Shown one piece after another: positions 1 through 11,750 of a stretch of DNA of 33,350 bases. Positions within the stretch are counted from its first letter, which is position 1. Each line of letters opens with the position of its first letter. Made by a program: the position numbers and the translations under genes. Below the pieces are notes generated by a model. It worked only from the letters and a program-made list of their open reading frames with translations. It was not told where the DNA came from and made no database searches. Origin of the DNA: Octopus bimaculoides (lineage: Eukaryota); assembly GCF_001194135.2 (NCBI RefSeq), contig NC_068982.1:60323380-60356729 (forward strand), read 5' to 3'.

Positions 1-942
1 GATCTTATCAAATGAATATAGTGCAGGGTTGCTTAAAACAACATACAGCAATAAAATTTAACTACGGGAAAATTTTTTTGAAAGAGCATCACAGAAGAAG
101 AACAGAGAAAAAAGAGAAAGTAAAGGAGAAAGAAAAAGGGATTTGACAGAAAGAGAAAAAGTGGGGAGGAAGCAAGAGTTGTCTTATATGAAGATTTTTT
201 TTTTTTTCCTGTCAATGTTTCAAATCCAATGGATTTATTTGAGCATTACAAAGAGAGAAATAGAGGAATATGGGGAAAATGAAGAAGAAGAAGAAGAAGA
301 AGAAGAAAGAAAAGAAAGAGGAGTGGGATGGGGGAGGGACAGAGGAGCAGGGGATGGAGGAAGAGGGGACGGAAGAGGGACGAAGAAGGAGGGGAGGAGG
401 AGGATGGGAAAGAAGAAGAAGAAGAAGAATGATAAAATAAAGATAAAGAGAATTGCTGAAATATACAAAGATATGTAAGCAATAGAGAGAAAACTGTTAG
501 AAGTGTATTAGGGAAATATGTCATCTGCTTAATAATTATGTTGATTGTAGTAAAGATAAAAAATAGGGAAAATATGGACAACAAAATTTATAGTCACTTG
601 AGCTGATATATTTTCTTTTTAGTGTTTATGGATATTTAAACAAATTAACAAGTGTAATTCACATTAATACCTTTTAAAGAGACATTGCATGATACAAAGG
701 ACCAGACACTTCAAGATTCTGAAAAGTTAGATGGGAGAACTACTAAATATTGTTTTAAATCTTCTATTTTAAATCTTAGATCCTCTAAGTATGTCAATAA
801 AATAAACAATTGATAAAGCTATTTAAATTGTAATAAATAATAGTATTAATAAATCTAGTGGAGTATAGATGAAGTTATAGTGTGCATGTTTTTCAGAATG
901 GGTGAAGAAGAATAAGATAAATGAATAAAGGAATACACACAT

Positions 943-983
<41 letters not shown>

Positions 984-1144
984 GGTATTATTGGATTTAA
1001 TCGTTTTGCTTTGACAATGTAAGGATATAGCTAAAGAGATAGATATGCATATACACATATGTGTGTGTTTTAGAGAAAGAGGAAGGTGAGACAAAGGGAA
1101 AGAAGTTACTCAAAGTGAAAAACTCAGAATTGGCTTGCAAAGAA

Positions 1145-1405
1145 TTCTGTGCCAGTGCCACATAAAAATCAATCATGCCAGTTCCACACGAAAGCACTTG
1201 TATGGTGCCACATTAAAAGCACCCAGCACACACTGTAAAGTGGTTGGTGTTAGGAAGGGCATCTAACTGGAGAAACCATGCCAAATCAGACAGGAACCTG
1301 GTGCAGCTTTCCAACTTGCCAGCTCTGATGAAACCGTCCAACCCATGCCAGCATGGAAAAGGGACGTTAAATGAAGATGATGGTGATGGTGATGATGATG
1401 GTAAA
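1145..1405 (+). mobile_element. RTE-LINE 3'-UTR-type fragment (5'-truncated or non-autonomous)
   Basis: Three GTGCCAC(A/G)TAAAA-like units, then GGTTGGTGTTAGGAAGGGCATC, ACCCATGCCAGCATGGAA and a (GAT)n tail. The same module follows RTE ORF-end codons at 29362-29712. Confidence 0.75.
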
Positions 1406-2137
1406 TACTGAAAATTAAAGTGATGGGATAATAGCAAGAATGATAAAAATTTTGTGTAAACTAAAGAGTGCTGCAGCTATAGTCAGTTATAGGGTTACTA
1501 AATAATTAACTGGAAAAATTATAAAGGAAAAGTTAAACTAATTAAAATTTTTTGAAATTCTTTTTAAAACAAACTTTTTGAAAAGAACTTTTTTAAATAT
1601 TTAATTGAAAAATTTTAAAAATAACTAAAATATTAAAATATTAAAAGGAAAAAAATAAAGAAGCTAAAATGAAAATATAATACACTTAAATTAAAAATTA
1701 AAAGGAAAATTAATTAAATAAACTAGATTGATGAAATAAAACATGACAAAATGGGTGTTAGTGTATGAGTTAATTGAAGATTAAGAAAATTTAGGTAAAG
1801 AAAAAATTTAAAGATAGAGATAGAATATGAAGATATTTATGGATTGGGAAAGAACTTAAAGAGAGCTTAAAGGTAAAATAGATATTAAGGTAAATTAATA
1901 ATATTGAAGATAAGGTGTGTATTAATTAGGGAGCTGAATCAGAAGGAGGAAAAGGTACCTTAGAGTGAAATGAAAATTCAGAAAAAACTGGATGGAATTA
2001 TTGCAAATAATAAAAGTAGGATAAACGTATAAGGAAAGGTAGGTAATAGGTAAAATGGTCAATAAAATTGGCTGAAATAAATGAAAATGAAAATAAATGG
2101 TTTAAAGTTTAGTGTAAAATAGGAAAACTAACACATA

Positions 2138-2539
2138 GGCGTAGGAGTGGCTGTGTGGTAAGTAGCTTGCTTACCAACCACATGGTTCCGGGTTCAGTTC
2201 CACTGTGTGGCACCTTGGGCAAGTGTCTTCTACTATAGCCTCGGGTCGACCAAAGCCTTGTGAGTGAATTTGGTAGGCGGAAACTGAAAGAAGCCTGTCG
2301 TATATATGTATATATATGTATATGTATGTGTGTGTCTGTGTTTGTCCCCCCCCCCCCAACATTGCTTGACAACCGATGCTGGTGTGTTTACGTCCCCGTA
2401 ACTTAGCAGTTTGGTTAAAGAGACCGATAGAATAAGTACTAGGCTTACAAAGAATAAGTCCTGGGGTCGATTAGCTTGACTAAAAGGCGGTACTCCAGCA
2501 TGGCCACAGTCAAGTGACTGAAACAGGTAAAAGAGTAAA
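2138..2539 (+). mobile_element. Near full-length tRNA-derived SINE, family A (young copy)
   Basis: A-box-like GGCTGTGTGGTAAG, B-box-like GGTTCAGTTCC, CACCTTGGGCAAGTGTCTT core, internal (TA/TG)n, CTGGGGTCGA module, AAAAGAGT tail. Homologous copies recur at 10962, 16083, 18688, 23755, 31468. Confidence 0.9.
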
Positions 2540-2619
2540 CAAAATAAACTCAGAGTGTAATGGAAGAGTAAAAGTACCAAAGCTAGATTCTGGGTTGAAA
2601 ATGTTTTGCTGTAGTTTCT

Positions 2620-3080
2620 ATCTTTTACTTTTTTCACTCATTAAACTGTTGCTAAGTGGAGCACTGCTTTGAAGGATTCAGTCAAACATATCGACCCCAG
2701 TAACATATATATTTTATTTAAGTAAGTCTGATAGTTGTCTGTTGGTTTCTTTTGCCAAACCACTATGTTTTGGAGATGTAAACAAACCAACAGTAGTTGT
2801 CAAACACAGTGGCAGTGACAAACACAGATACAAAGACATTCACATACGCACACACACACACACAAGCACAAGTGCATGCACACATACCCACACACACATA
2901 CATACAGACACATACACACAAACATGCATGCAGATACACACACATGCACACATATACAACAGGTTTCCACACAGTTTCTGTTGACCAAATTCACTCAAAA
3001 CGCATTGGTTGGTCTGGATCTATAGAAGATACTGTGCAAGCAGCTGCACAGTGAGACTTCCAAAGTGAATTTCTTAACAA
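2620..3080 (-). mobile_element. Diverged family A SINE, tail-to-tail with the 2138 copy
   Basis: Reverse complement of the A modules (tcgaccccag, ttttgccaaaccact, gttgtcaaac, accaaattcactca) in the expected order. Confidence 0.75.
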
Positions 3081-3304
3081 ATGATGTGTCTGCAGGTAAC
3101 TTTCTATTTTTTCCTTCAATAAAGTAAATTGAATGAATAAGAACACACTTAAGATAAATCTCCAAAAACACAAATGAGAAAAAGAACAGCCTTGATTCTA
3201 ATGATGTTCAATGTCACGATGCAAAATGTTTGAGGGTGGAGCATGGTAAATAGTAGCATTCAGCTGGTTGTAGTAAGGGTATGTTTTCAAGAAGTTATAC
3301 TTAC

Positions 3305-3375
3305 AAGTAGGAAGCTTTTTAGTATATTTATTCATATTATTACATTTAGCAAGCATGGTAGCTAAACTCTCCATG
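3305..3375 (-). CDS. Candidate downstream exon (71 nt, phase 2 to 1), MESLATMLAKCNNMNKYTKKLPT
   Basis: Minus strand gatttttacag|exon|gtaagtat; one open frame; phase-compatible with the end of the 17931-17987 exon. Confidence 0.3.
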
Positions 3376-3469
3376 CTGTAAAAATCCCAAGCTATCTAGT
3401 AACAAAAATGGGACTTAGCTCTGGAGATTATGTATTATTTATGTTGTTAAAATTTCTCTCATTTGAGAG

Positions 3470-3720
3470 CGATGTTTCTCAAAGACCCTTCAATCTTTTT
3501 TCTGAAAATCTACCCAAATGTCTGAAAACATGTTATAGCATGTTCCATTCTCCAAAGGTGAAATATCTGTCCACAACAATTCCAGTTCTTTTGCTGTTGC
3601 TTTTCAACATCTCAAAATTGATGGAAACAGTAATAAATAACTCCATTTTTTTATTCCCTTTGAGTCCATTTCCTTCTCATCTCACTAACTTCCAACACTG
3701 TTTTTATAAAACTCTAGTAT
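3470..3720 (+). mobile_element. Very degenerate non-LTR reverse transcriptase remnant
   Basis: Translates to ...LLFNISKLMETVINNSI...LTNFQHCF, resembling the PISLL..ISK..E..IN...Q.GF stretch of CR1/L2/Jockey-type RTs. Confidence 0.5.
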
Positions 3721-4019
3721 ACCTCAAGGTTTGTTGATATATCCCATATTCTTCTTTATATATATTGCTAATCGTTTTGATGTTACTTTTAACAACAAAC
3801 ACTCCTACACTGTTGTTACTATCTTAATCCTACCTTAAATTTTCACATAGAACATTGACCAAGCATACCAGGCTTAACTTTTGCTTCTGCAAACAACACA
3901 CTTGAAAACAGTTTCAAAACACCTTCCAACAGAGCCAACAAAGGAACCACTATTTAACCTGCTAGAAATAGAAACAAAGTTCTTCCCAAACCAAACTTCA
4001 CTATTGTTATCAAACAATG

Positions 4020-4210
4020 CTTTCAAATTTTGATACTAGGCCACAAAGTTCAGTAAGGAGGTAAGTCAGTTACAGTGACCCCAGTACTCAACTGGTATTT
4101 ATTTTATCAACCTCCAAAAGGATGAAAGGCAAAGACAACCTCAGCAGAATTTGAACTCAGAACATAGGGATGAACAAAATGCCACTATGCATTTTGCCCA
4201 ACATGGTACA
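4020..4210 (-). mobile_element. tRNA-derived SINE, family B (tail type 1)
   Basis: Reverse complement of TTCTGAGTTCAAATTC...TTTGCCTTTCATCC...AATAAATACCAGT...CTGGGGTCA, as in the 14040 copy. Confidence 0.8.
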
Positions 4211-4497
4211 TTGTGAGTTTAGTCTGAGATATATTAAGCCTGAAAAAAATATGGAATGATTGAGACAGGTATGCAATTGATCATAACTTAGCGACATACG
4301 GGACAACTTATAGCTAAACAAAAATAACATCTTCTCAGTAGGATAATAACAATAAAAAGTCACTTATTCAACAACAGCACAAAAATACAATCCCTACATA
4401 TATCAGAAGAAGCTTGTACTACAAGCTCTCTATGAACAAACAATACATAGCAAAAGATCTTAAATGGTCTCAGTCTTTGATGATTTTTCAATAAATT

Positions 4498-4539
<42 letters not shown>

Positions 4540-5234
4540 ATTCTTTAAATTTTAGGTTTTTTTATATTTTAGACTTTACAATATTCATGCTTAATTGCGC
4601 ATAAATTTTTATATGCATTTATATTCACATGTATCTTTATCTACATTCATATTTTTATACATATTTATATTTATATTTCGTATATTTATATTTTAAATTT
4701 TAAATTTATTATATTACCATGTCATATTGGATATATATCTTTCGAAATATTAAATATTGATTTCCTGAGAATATTATTGATAAGTTTATGAATTTATTAA
4801 TAATATAAAAACACACACACATATATATATATATATATCACTGCTAAAACTGTATATTTCCAGGTAGGTTTCATCTCAAAAGTCAGAAAATACTTCCTTC
4901 GTTGTTGACCCTCTGCAAAGTTCACACGATACCCACATCTGAGTTCTACTCAACAATCTCAGGCAATGCTTGTACATAAACATACATGGTAGACCACATC
5001 CAATGAAAGGCCATCTAGACAACTGACAAAGTCTCGATCACCAAACGCACAACAACCACTCAGTTCAAGAATAGCCTTTTCCACCTTGCTAAGCTTCTTT
5101 ACTGCAAATAAAATGGCTACTAACTCCTTGAACAAGAAAACTGTCTACTACTTGTGTGTGTGTGTGTGTGTGTGTGTACATTCATATGTATGTAATGTAT
5201 GTATGTCATGTGTGTGTATATGTCAGTATGTATT

Positions 5235-5590
5235 TGTGCATGAATGTATGTACATACGCTTCGTACTTCTTTGCTCCTCCAGTTCGTGCCTCACAGCGTT
5301 CAATACATACACACTTCACGTCTGGCTGTACAGCCTTTTTGTTTGTTTATTTCACCGTTTCGTTTTCCTGTCTTGTTTTCCGTCTGCCACTACCCTCCAC
5401 GAAAACAATTTAATTTGTGTTCGTGGGAAGAACCATTTTAACGATGCGTACTGCCTTAATTCTTCGAAACGCCGGGGTTTTAATGGTAGCAGCTGATGAA
5501 GGGGATGTTTCTATGTGGCCTGCCTGCTTGTTGCACCTTGTTTACCAATTTGTCTATGTTCTTTTGCCACGTCATGTACCCAGTTATGTA
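5235..5590. repeat. CpG-rich unclassified element, possibly a Penelope-like terminal repeat
   Basis: Sharp rise in CpG against a CpG-poor background; hairpin CCACGAA/TTCGTGG (5397-5426); CGAAACG and CTGATGA motifs; bounded by microsatellites. No second copy in the window. Confidence 0.35.
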
Positions 5591-5786
5591 TCTATATGTA
5601 CATGTGGATGAAGGTATATACATACATGTACATATATATGCATATACTCATATATTGTTTATATATATATATATATATGAATGCATATATCCAAGCACAC
5701 ATGAAAGTATGTATGCATACATGTGTGCATGCTTGTATGTATGTAAGTATATATATATATATATATATATGTAATATAAATAATGA

Positions 5787-5996
5787 TTTCAAATTTTGGC
5801 ACAAGGCCCAGAAATTTTGGTGGGGTGGATAAGGGGATTACATCGACCCCAGGGTTCAACTGGTACTTATTTTATTGTCCATGAAAAGATGAAAGATAAA
5901 GTCAACCTTGGTAGAATTTGAACTCAGAATGTAGAGATGAACAAAATGCTAAGCATTTTGCATGGCACAGTAACAATTCATCCAGCTTGCCACCAC
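5787..5996 (-). mobile_element. SINE family B (tail type 1)
   Basis: ttcaaattttggcacaaggcc...atcgacccc...ggtacttatttt...gaatttgaactcagaa...ccagcttgcc is the reverse complement of the 14040 copy. Confidence 0.85.
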
Positions 5997-6931
5997 CTTT
6001 ATGTAACTATATATATTGGCATTGTTGTTTGACCCTGAGATTAGCTATCCCTAACAGTCATTCCAGCCATGAATATCCTTTTATTCCACTGTCAGTTCAT
6101 CTTTGATAACATTATCTAATGTGCTCTTCTATTATTTTTTTTATTTAAAAGACTGTAGTGACACCTCATGATTTGGTTACTATTTCTAGCAGACTGAATG
6201 ACTACATACAGGCTCACCTCATCACTTCATTTACAAGAATGTTTATATAATGATAGATTAGCTTTAAGTTAACAGATTGTAGACATTTGAACCCATCTTA
6301 CTTATTGAAATTGAACATAACTTTAGTTCCAAAAGTTTGTTATCGAGCATATTAGAATTAGCTGCATATTGTTTAATGACATGCCAGTTATGCTGCTGCT
6401 GCTGTTGATGTTGATGTTGATGTTGTTGCTGTTGTTGTCATTTTATTTCCTTTTAACAAACAGAAATTGTACAGAATAAAAATGATATATTATCCTTCCA
6501 AATATTTACTAATAAACAACTACCTAAATCAACTACCTAAATAAACAGTAAAAAATTATTTTTCATTTTGTTTGTATTGTGTGTTATTTTTCATTTTCAT
6601 CTCTTTTCTGTAGCACTGTGGCAGTCATCATGAAACCAGTGGTGGTAGCAATGTTAGTTATGATTATGGTGCTTTTTCTATTGTTGTTTTTGTTGTCACA
6701 TAAGATAGGAAACATCCTGTACATGATTCAACAATTATCGAACATTCTACCCTATAATACAACACAAACACCCCATATTTGGCAATCGGAAGAAAAATTT
6801 ACAATAATAAACTTTATATCTTCATCACACCCAAGTTAGTTTTATTTATTCATTTATACATTTAGTTATTTTAGTAATATGGATAAACATTCAGATATTT
6901 GACAATGTGTTTGTCTATGAAATATCTATTT

Positions 6932-6988
<57 letters not shown>

Positions 6989-7191
6989 GTAAGTATATAT
7001 ATACACACACACACACACATATATATACACATGCATACATACATATAGATAGATATATATGTATACATATATATACATGTTTACACATTTATATACATGT
7101 ATATATGTAATACATATTACATATATATCCATCTGTATATATGTGTGTATATATGTATTCATATAGATACATTATTTATACCTTATATATT

Positions 7192-7224
<33 letters not shown>

Positions 7225-7709
7225 AAGCGCAGAAATACTAAATATATAGAATATGTACATGCATTTCGACTTATGGATAGCTTCATCTATTTTCTTCATG
7301 TTAAACATTTTAAGCCAGCTTTACTTTCTTCCTGCGTAACACACCAAAAATATGATTTTATTCCTTTCTTTCCATTTCTTAAAGTAAAGTTAATACTCTA
7401 AAATAATTTCTCATTGCATCTTCGATATATTTATCAGTCTCACTAATATTTAATCACCTTTCTGTATTTAGTTATTATTTTTGAAAATTGAGATTTTTAT
7501 GTCTGAAATTTTACATATAATGCAACAGTGGCTGATGGAGTTCAAGTTTCATTTAGTTTCAATAAATATGTTGTTCAATTTAGAATCCTGCAAAAACTGG
7601 CATATTTAATAAACTGTTGGCAAACAAAAATTAGCAGCATTATAACACTGCTGACAAAGGCTGAAGGCAGTGTGTCATCACTTTGCCGGAAACACAGTAC
7701 TTTGACCAC

Positions 7710-7743
7710 TGATACTAAAGTACATATATGTACTTTAGTATCA
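7710..7743. repeat. Perfect 34-bp palindrome
   Basis: TGATACTAAAGTACATATATGTACTTTAGTATCA equals its own reverse complement. Confidence 0.95.
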
Positions 7744-7751
7744 TTTGTATA

Positions 7752-7785
<34 letters not shown>

Positions 7786-7836
7786 NNNNNNNNNNNNNNN
7801 NNNNNNNNNNNNNNNNNNNNNNNNNNNNNNNNNNNN

Positions 7837-7877
<41 letters not shown>

Positions 7878-8767
7878 CGTGTGCATGTATGTATGTATGT
7901 ATGCACATTTGTGTTATGCTACCAATATTCAGAAAAAATAAGGAGGCTCCTTCTCAGTTTCTAGATCAGTCTTGAGAAGAAATATTTCCAGTTTCTTTCT
8001 CCAATCCACAGCATAGAATATCCAACAACCATATAAAGCAGTCCCGGATTAAACTATTACCATACTTGGTAGTTTAATATGTTTTTGATGGATCCTCTTA
8101 AATTAAACAACACATATCCTATTCAGCATGAGGTGAATTTTTAACTACATTATATAACAACTGATTATTCAGTGTTATAAGTTGGGAAAGGGAGATGCAA
8201 AGGCCTCCTTTAAATAACAGTCATCATTCTGTGAAATGCTAAATGATTTTTCTTGAATATTCTCTCATTTTTTTTTTTTTTTTTTTTGATACCTCTGACC
8301 CATCAAAGGAATATGTTTACATTCTAATAATTTCTTCTCACAGCCAAACTTTCTAATTTATTTCACTTGTTTTTATTCATACTGTGTTATGCAGAACATC
8401 GCATAAGTGTGTGGAGTGCTTGATGTGAATGCATATATGTATATATATATATAAGTAAGTGGTAGGTTTGCCTCGATCCTTCAGGGGTAGTCTGAAGCAT
8501 CCAAGCAACCAGGGGATGTTTAAATCCGGAGGCACTCCTGGGGATCACCTGTATGGGTACCGTCTTGGGAAGAGGGCGTCCAGAGGCAGGTAATATGTTG
8601 CTTAAACCGTAGTTTATGTATTTACTTGGAGAATGGAGCAACAAATACAAGAAAAAGCATTTTCGTTGNNNNNNNNNNNNNNNNNNNNNNNNNNNNNNNN
8701 NNNNNNNNNNNNNNNNNNNNNNNNNNNNNNNNNNNNNNNNNNNNNNNNNNNNNNNNNNNNNNNNNNN

Positions 8768-8804
<37 letters not shown>

Positions 8805-9741
8805 TAAGTATATATATGTGTGTGTGTGTGTATAGATAGATAGATAAACAGACAGACACACATACAGAGAGAGAGATATACACACATATTCACAAACATA
8901 TATTCACAAATGTGGTACTTGTCTATTTAATTATATATGTGTGTAAGTATTGGAAAGTCTGTATTTGTATATTCTATTAATTTATCCAGTTTTAAACTCT
9001 TGAAAGCTCCAATTAACTTTTGTTCAATACTATCACCAAATTTATACATTGCTTACATTCTGCCATCAGCTTTCACCTTATTGATTCAAGGCAGAAGTAT
9101 GCCTAAACAATGACTATCCCATAAAAAAAAAATATTTTGTTATGCAACTTGCCAAGTTTCACAACAAAATAAAACCTTTAAAATTCAATATATCTATTTA
9201 CTTGATGTTTTGGAATATTCACTCTTTCATGCCAGAAATGGTAGCATGTGTAACACATCTAATCCAAGCTGAATGCCATTAAGTTTAATTAAATTGTATG
9301 TTCCATTATAGTTTTACAGTTAAACTGAACTGTTTCTATTACATTTATTTAAGAGTAGCAGTTACTTGCTATATATGTCAAGGCAATGACAGGCTGATAG
9401 TTTTCCAGTGAAAACTAGAAGATAATTTACCAGCAGCACATGGTCTAGAGCCAATGTGAGGGAACCTACCATCTTCTGAAGACTTAAGTGAGGCCTTTCT
9501 GTAAGAAGTGCATTATGTGAAGGAAAATCATTTCGTTGATTTAATTTTATTTAAAGCCTATCTTTTCAACTCGGTGTGAAACTTAGAAACATCTATCTAT
9601 ATTTTTGTATCTACACTTGTAAATTTCTTGTTTAAAGCAATTACAATAAAGTTTAAAAGATAATTTAGAAATCTGAAGAAATTTTTGTAAAAAAATAGGA
9701 AGTTGCTCTAAGCAGGACTTATTCCAAAACTCTTTTTACAT

Positions 9742-10455
9742 GAGTCCAGTCAGACGGTACTGGCATTGACCATGTTCAAATGGTGCTTTTTACGTGCCAC
9801 CAGCATGGGAGCCAATCAGACAGTACTGTCACTGGCCATGACAATGACTTCACTTAACTCAACAGTTCTTTGTAAGCACAGTTTATTGCCCAATGATTGA
9901 AAAGTACTCTTAAATGGGCTGATTATGCTGCACTGGCATAGGCCACAGTTACGGTCTCCCTTGGCTTGCTGGGTCTTCTCAAGCACAGCATATCCCCAAA
10001 GTTCTCAGTCACTTGTCATCACCTTGGTGAGGCCCAACGGTTGAAGGTTGTGCTTCACCACCTCATCCCACGTCTTTCTGGGTCTACCTCTTCCAAGTGT
10101 GCCCTCTACTGCTAGGGTGTGACACTTTTTCACACAGCTGTCCTCATCCATATGCAACACATGATCATGCCAGCACAGTTGTCTCTCTTGCACACCACAT
10201 CTGATGCTTCTTATGTCCAACTTTTCTCTCAGGGTGCTTACACTCTGTCATGTGTGCACACTAATATTACACATCCAGCAGAGCATACTAGCTTCATTCC
10301 TTGCAAGCTTATGCATGTCCTCAGCAGTCACAGCCCATGTTTCACTGCCATGTAGCCTGGCTGTTCATACACATGCGTCATACAGTCTACATTTTACTCT
10401 GAGCGAGAGGCCCTTTGTCACCAGCAGAGATAGGAGCTCTCTGAACTTTGCCCAT
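9742..10455 (-). mobile_element. RTE-clade LINE 3' fragment (ORF C-terminus plus extended 3' UTR)
   Basis: Minus strand IAWAKFRELL...RLYDACV*TARLHGSETWAVTAED...QLCWHDHVLHMDEDSCVKKC...GRGRPRKTWDEVV, with in-frame stops. The UTR has two ~63-nt units containing GGCACGTAAAAAGCACC-like motifs. Confidence 0.9.
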
Positions 10456-10570
10456 GCTATTTGAAATAAAATGTCTTGCTCAAGCACACAACACATAGCC
10501 TGGTTTGGGAATCAAACTCACTACCTCATGATTGTGAGCCCAATGCTCCAACTACTGAGCCATTCACCTT
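10456..10570 (-). mobile_element. tRNA-derived SINE head, family C
   Basis: Reverse complement of GGCTCAGTAGTTGG (A box), GAGTTTGATTCCC (B box) and TGTGCTTGAGCAAGACA (CORE-like); homologous to 18887. Confidence 0.75.
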
Positions 10571-10961
10571 CACATTCTTCCATTAAATGTTGCCTTAAAG
10601 CATGGTCACACTTGACAGTTACCCAGAGGCCTTAAGGTCTAGAGGGATTATTGTTAATCTATTGCTCTTACTATGCCACTATTTGTGCTGTGGTGCATCA
10701 CAACACATCTAGCTATGAAGTGTGTACAGATATCAGAGACCAATAACCACAATATTTCATAAAAGGAGAGAGAAAAATAAGTCTTCCATTATGATCTATG
10801 ATTATATTATTGAGTGAGTTCAAGATTTGTAATGTATTTTACCTTCTTTAGTCAGATTGCAGCTCACTAAGCACTACCAGAATACACACATCTAGATAAA
10901 TGGTTTAATAATGACTAAAGTACCAGTACAGCATGGAATATGTAAAAAATAAATATATATA

Positions 10962-11350
10962 GGTGCAGGCTTGGCTGTGTGGTAAGAAGCTTATTTCTTC
11001 CCGACCACATGGTTTCAGGTTCACTCCCACTGCTTGGCACCTTAGACAAGTGTCTTCAGCTGTAGCCTCAGGCTGACCAAAGCCTTGTGAGTGGATTTGG
11101 TAGATGGAAATTGAAAGAAGCCCGTTGTATATGTTTATACATATATTTGTGTCTGTGTGTGTGTGTGTGTGTGTCTTGGTGTGTGTCTGTGTTTGTCCCA
11201 CCACCACCACTTGACAACTGGTGCTGGTGTGTTACATTCTTGTCACTTAGCAGTTCAGCAAAAGAGACCAACAGAATAAGTATCAGGCTTGAAAAAAAAA
11301 AAAGTTGTGGCGTCGATTCATTCGACTAAAAATTCTTCAAGATGGTGCCT
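10962..11350 (+). mobile_element. Family A SINE, 3' end interrupted
   Basis: Colinear with 2138-2539 up to GATGGTGCCTC. Confidence 0.85.
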
Positions 11351-11520
11351 CAAAGCAAAGAAAGCAAAAGACCACCGATGAGGCCACAGAAGTGTGACGA
11401 AAGAACTCTGGCCAAAATACGATTAATGTAAAATAAAGCTGAAGCAAATTAACACCAAATATATAGTGCGTATGTTTTCATTGGCTAAACTGGCAACATG
11501 ACCATCCCCAAATACAACAA
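11351..11520 (+). mobile_element. Probable Penelope-like terminal repeat fragment
   Basis: Hammerhead-like fold followed ~15 nt later by AATAAA, an arrangement known from Penelope pLTRs; lies between two SINE A pieces. Confidence 0.45.
11370..11413 (+). ncRNA. Degenerate minimal type I hammerhead ribozyme
   Basis: Stem I GACCA/UGGCC (4 of 5 pairs); core CCGAUGA (U4C); stem II G-C plus CACA/UGUG with GAAG loop; GAAA; 2-bp stem III; CUC cleavage triplet at 11406-11408. Confidence 0.55.
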
Positions 11521-11569
11521 TATATATATATATATATATATACATATGTATGTATATATATATTTATGT

Positions 11570-11750
11570 GTGTCCCCACCTCATCACTTGACAACCGATG
11601 TTGGTGTGTTTATGTCCCCATGACTTAGCGGTTTGGCAAAAGAGACCAATAGAATAAGTGCTGGGGTCGATTTCTTCAGCTAAAAAACCCTTCAAGGTGG
11701 TGTTCCAGCATGGCCTCAGTCAAATGAAAGAATAAAAGAATAAAAGAACA
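11570..11750 (+). mobile_element. Family A SINE 3' half
   Basis: CTTGACAACCGATGTTGGTG...GACTTAGCGGTTTGGCAAAAGAGACC...CTGGGGTCGAT...CCAGCATGGCC, then an AAAGAATA tail. Confidence 0.85.

Noticed and set aside
143-584. Charged or Ser/Pro-rich ORFs
   Set aside because: Purine-rich (GAA/GGA) low-complexity tract with no domain or splice support.
2138-2215. tRNA-like A/B boxes here and at other SINE heads
   Set aside because: No cloverleaf, and contiguous with SINE bodies; not tRNA genes.
4860-5150. Possible Penelope RT or hammerhead remnants (LCKVHTIP, SLFHLAKLL, CTGACAA...CCAAACG)
   Set aside because: Short motifs in different frames with stops; no stem I pairing; not distinguishable from chance.
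9431-9498. 68-nt minus-strand exon candidate with two open frames
   Set aside because: Neither frame fits between exon 8 and 3305-3375 without further unseen exons.
10843-10891. Minus-strand exon-like segment
   Set aside because: Stops in all three frames.
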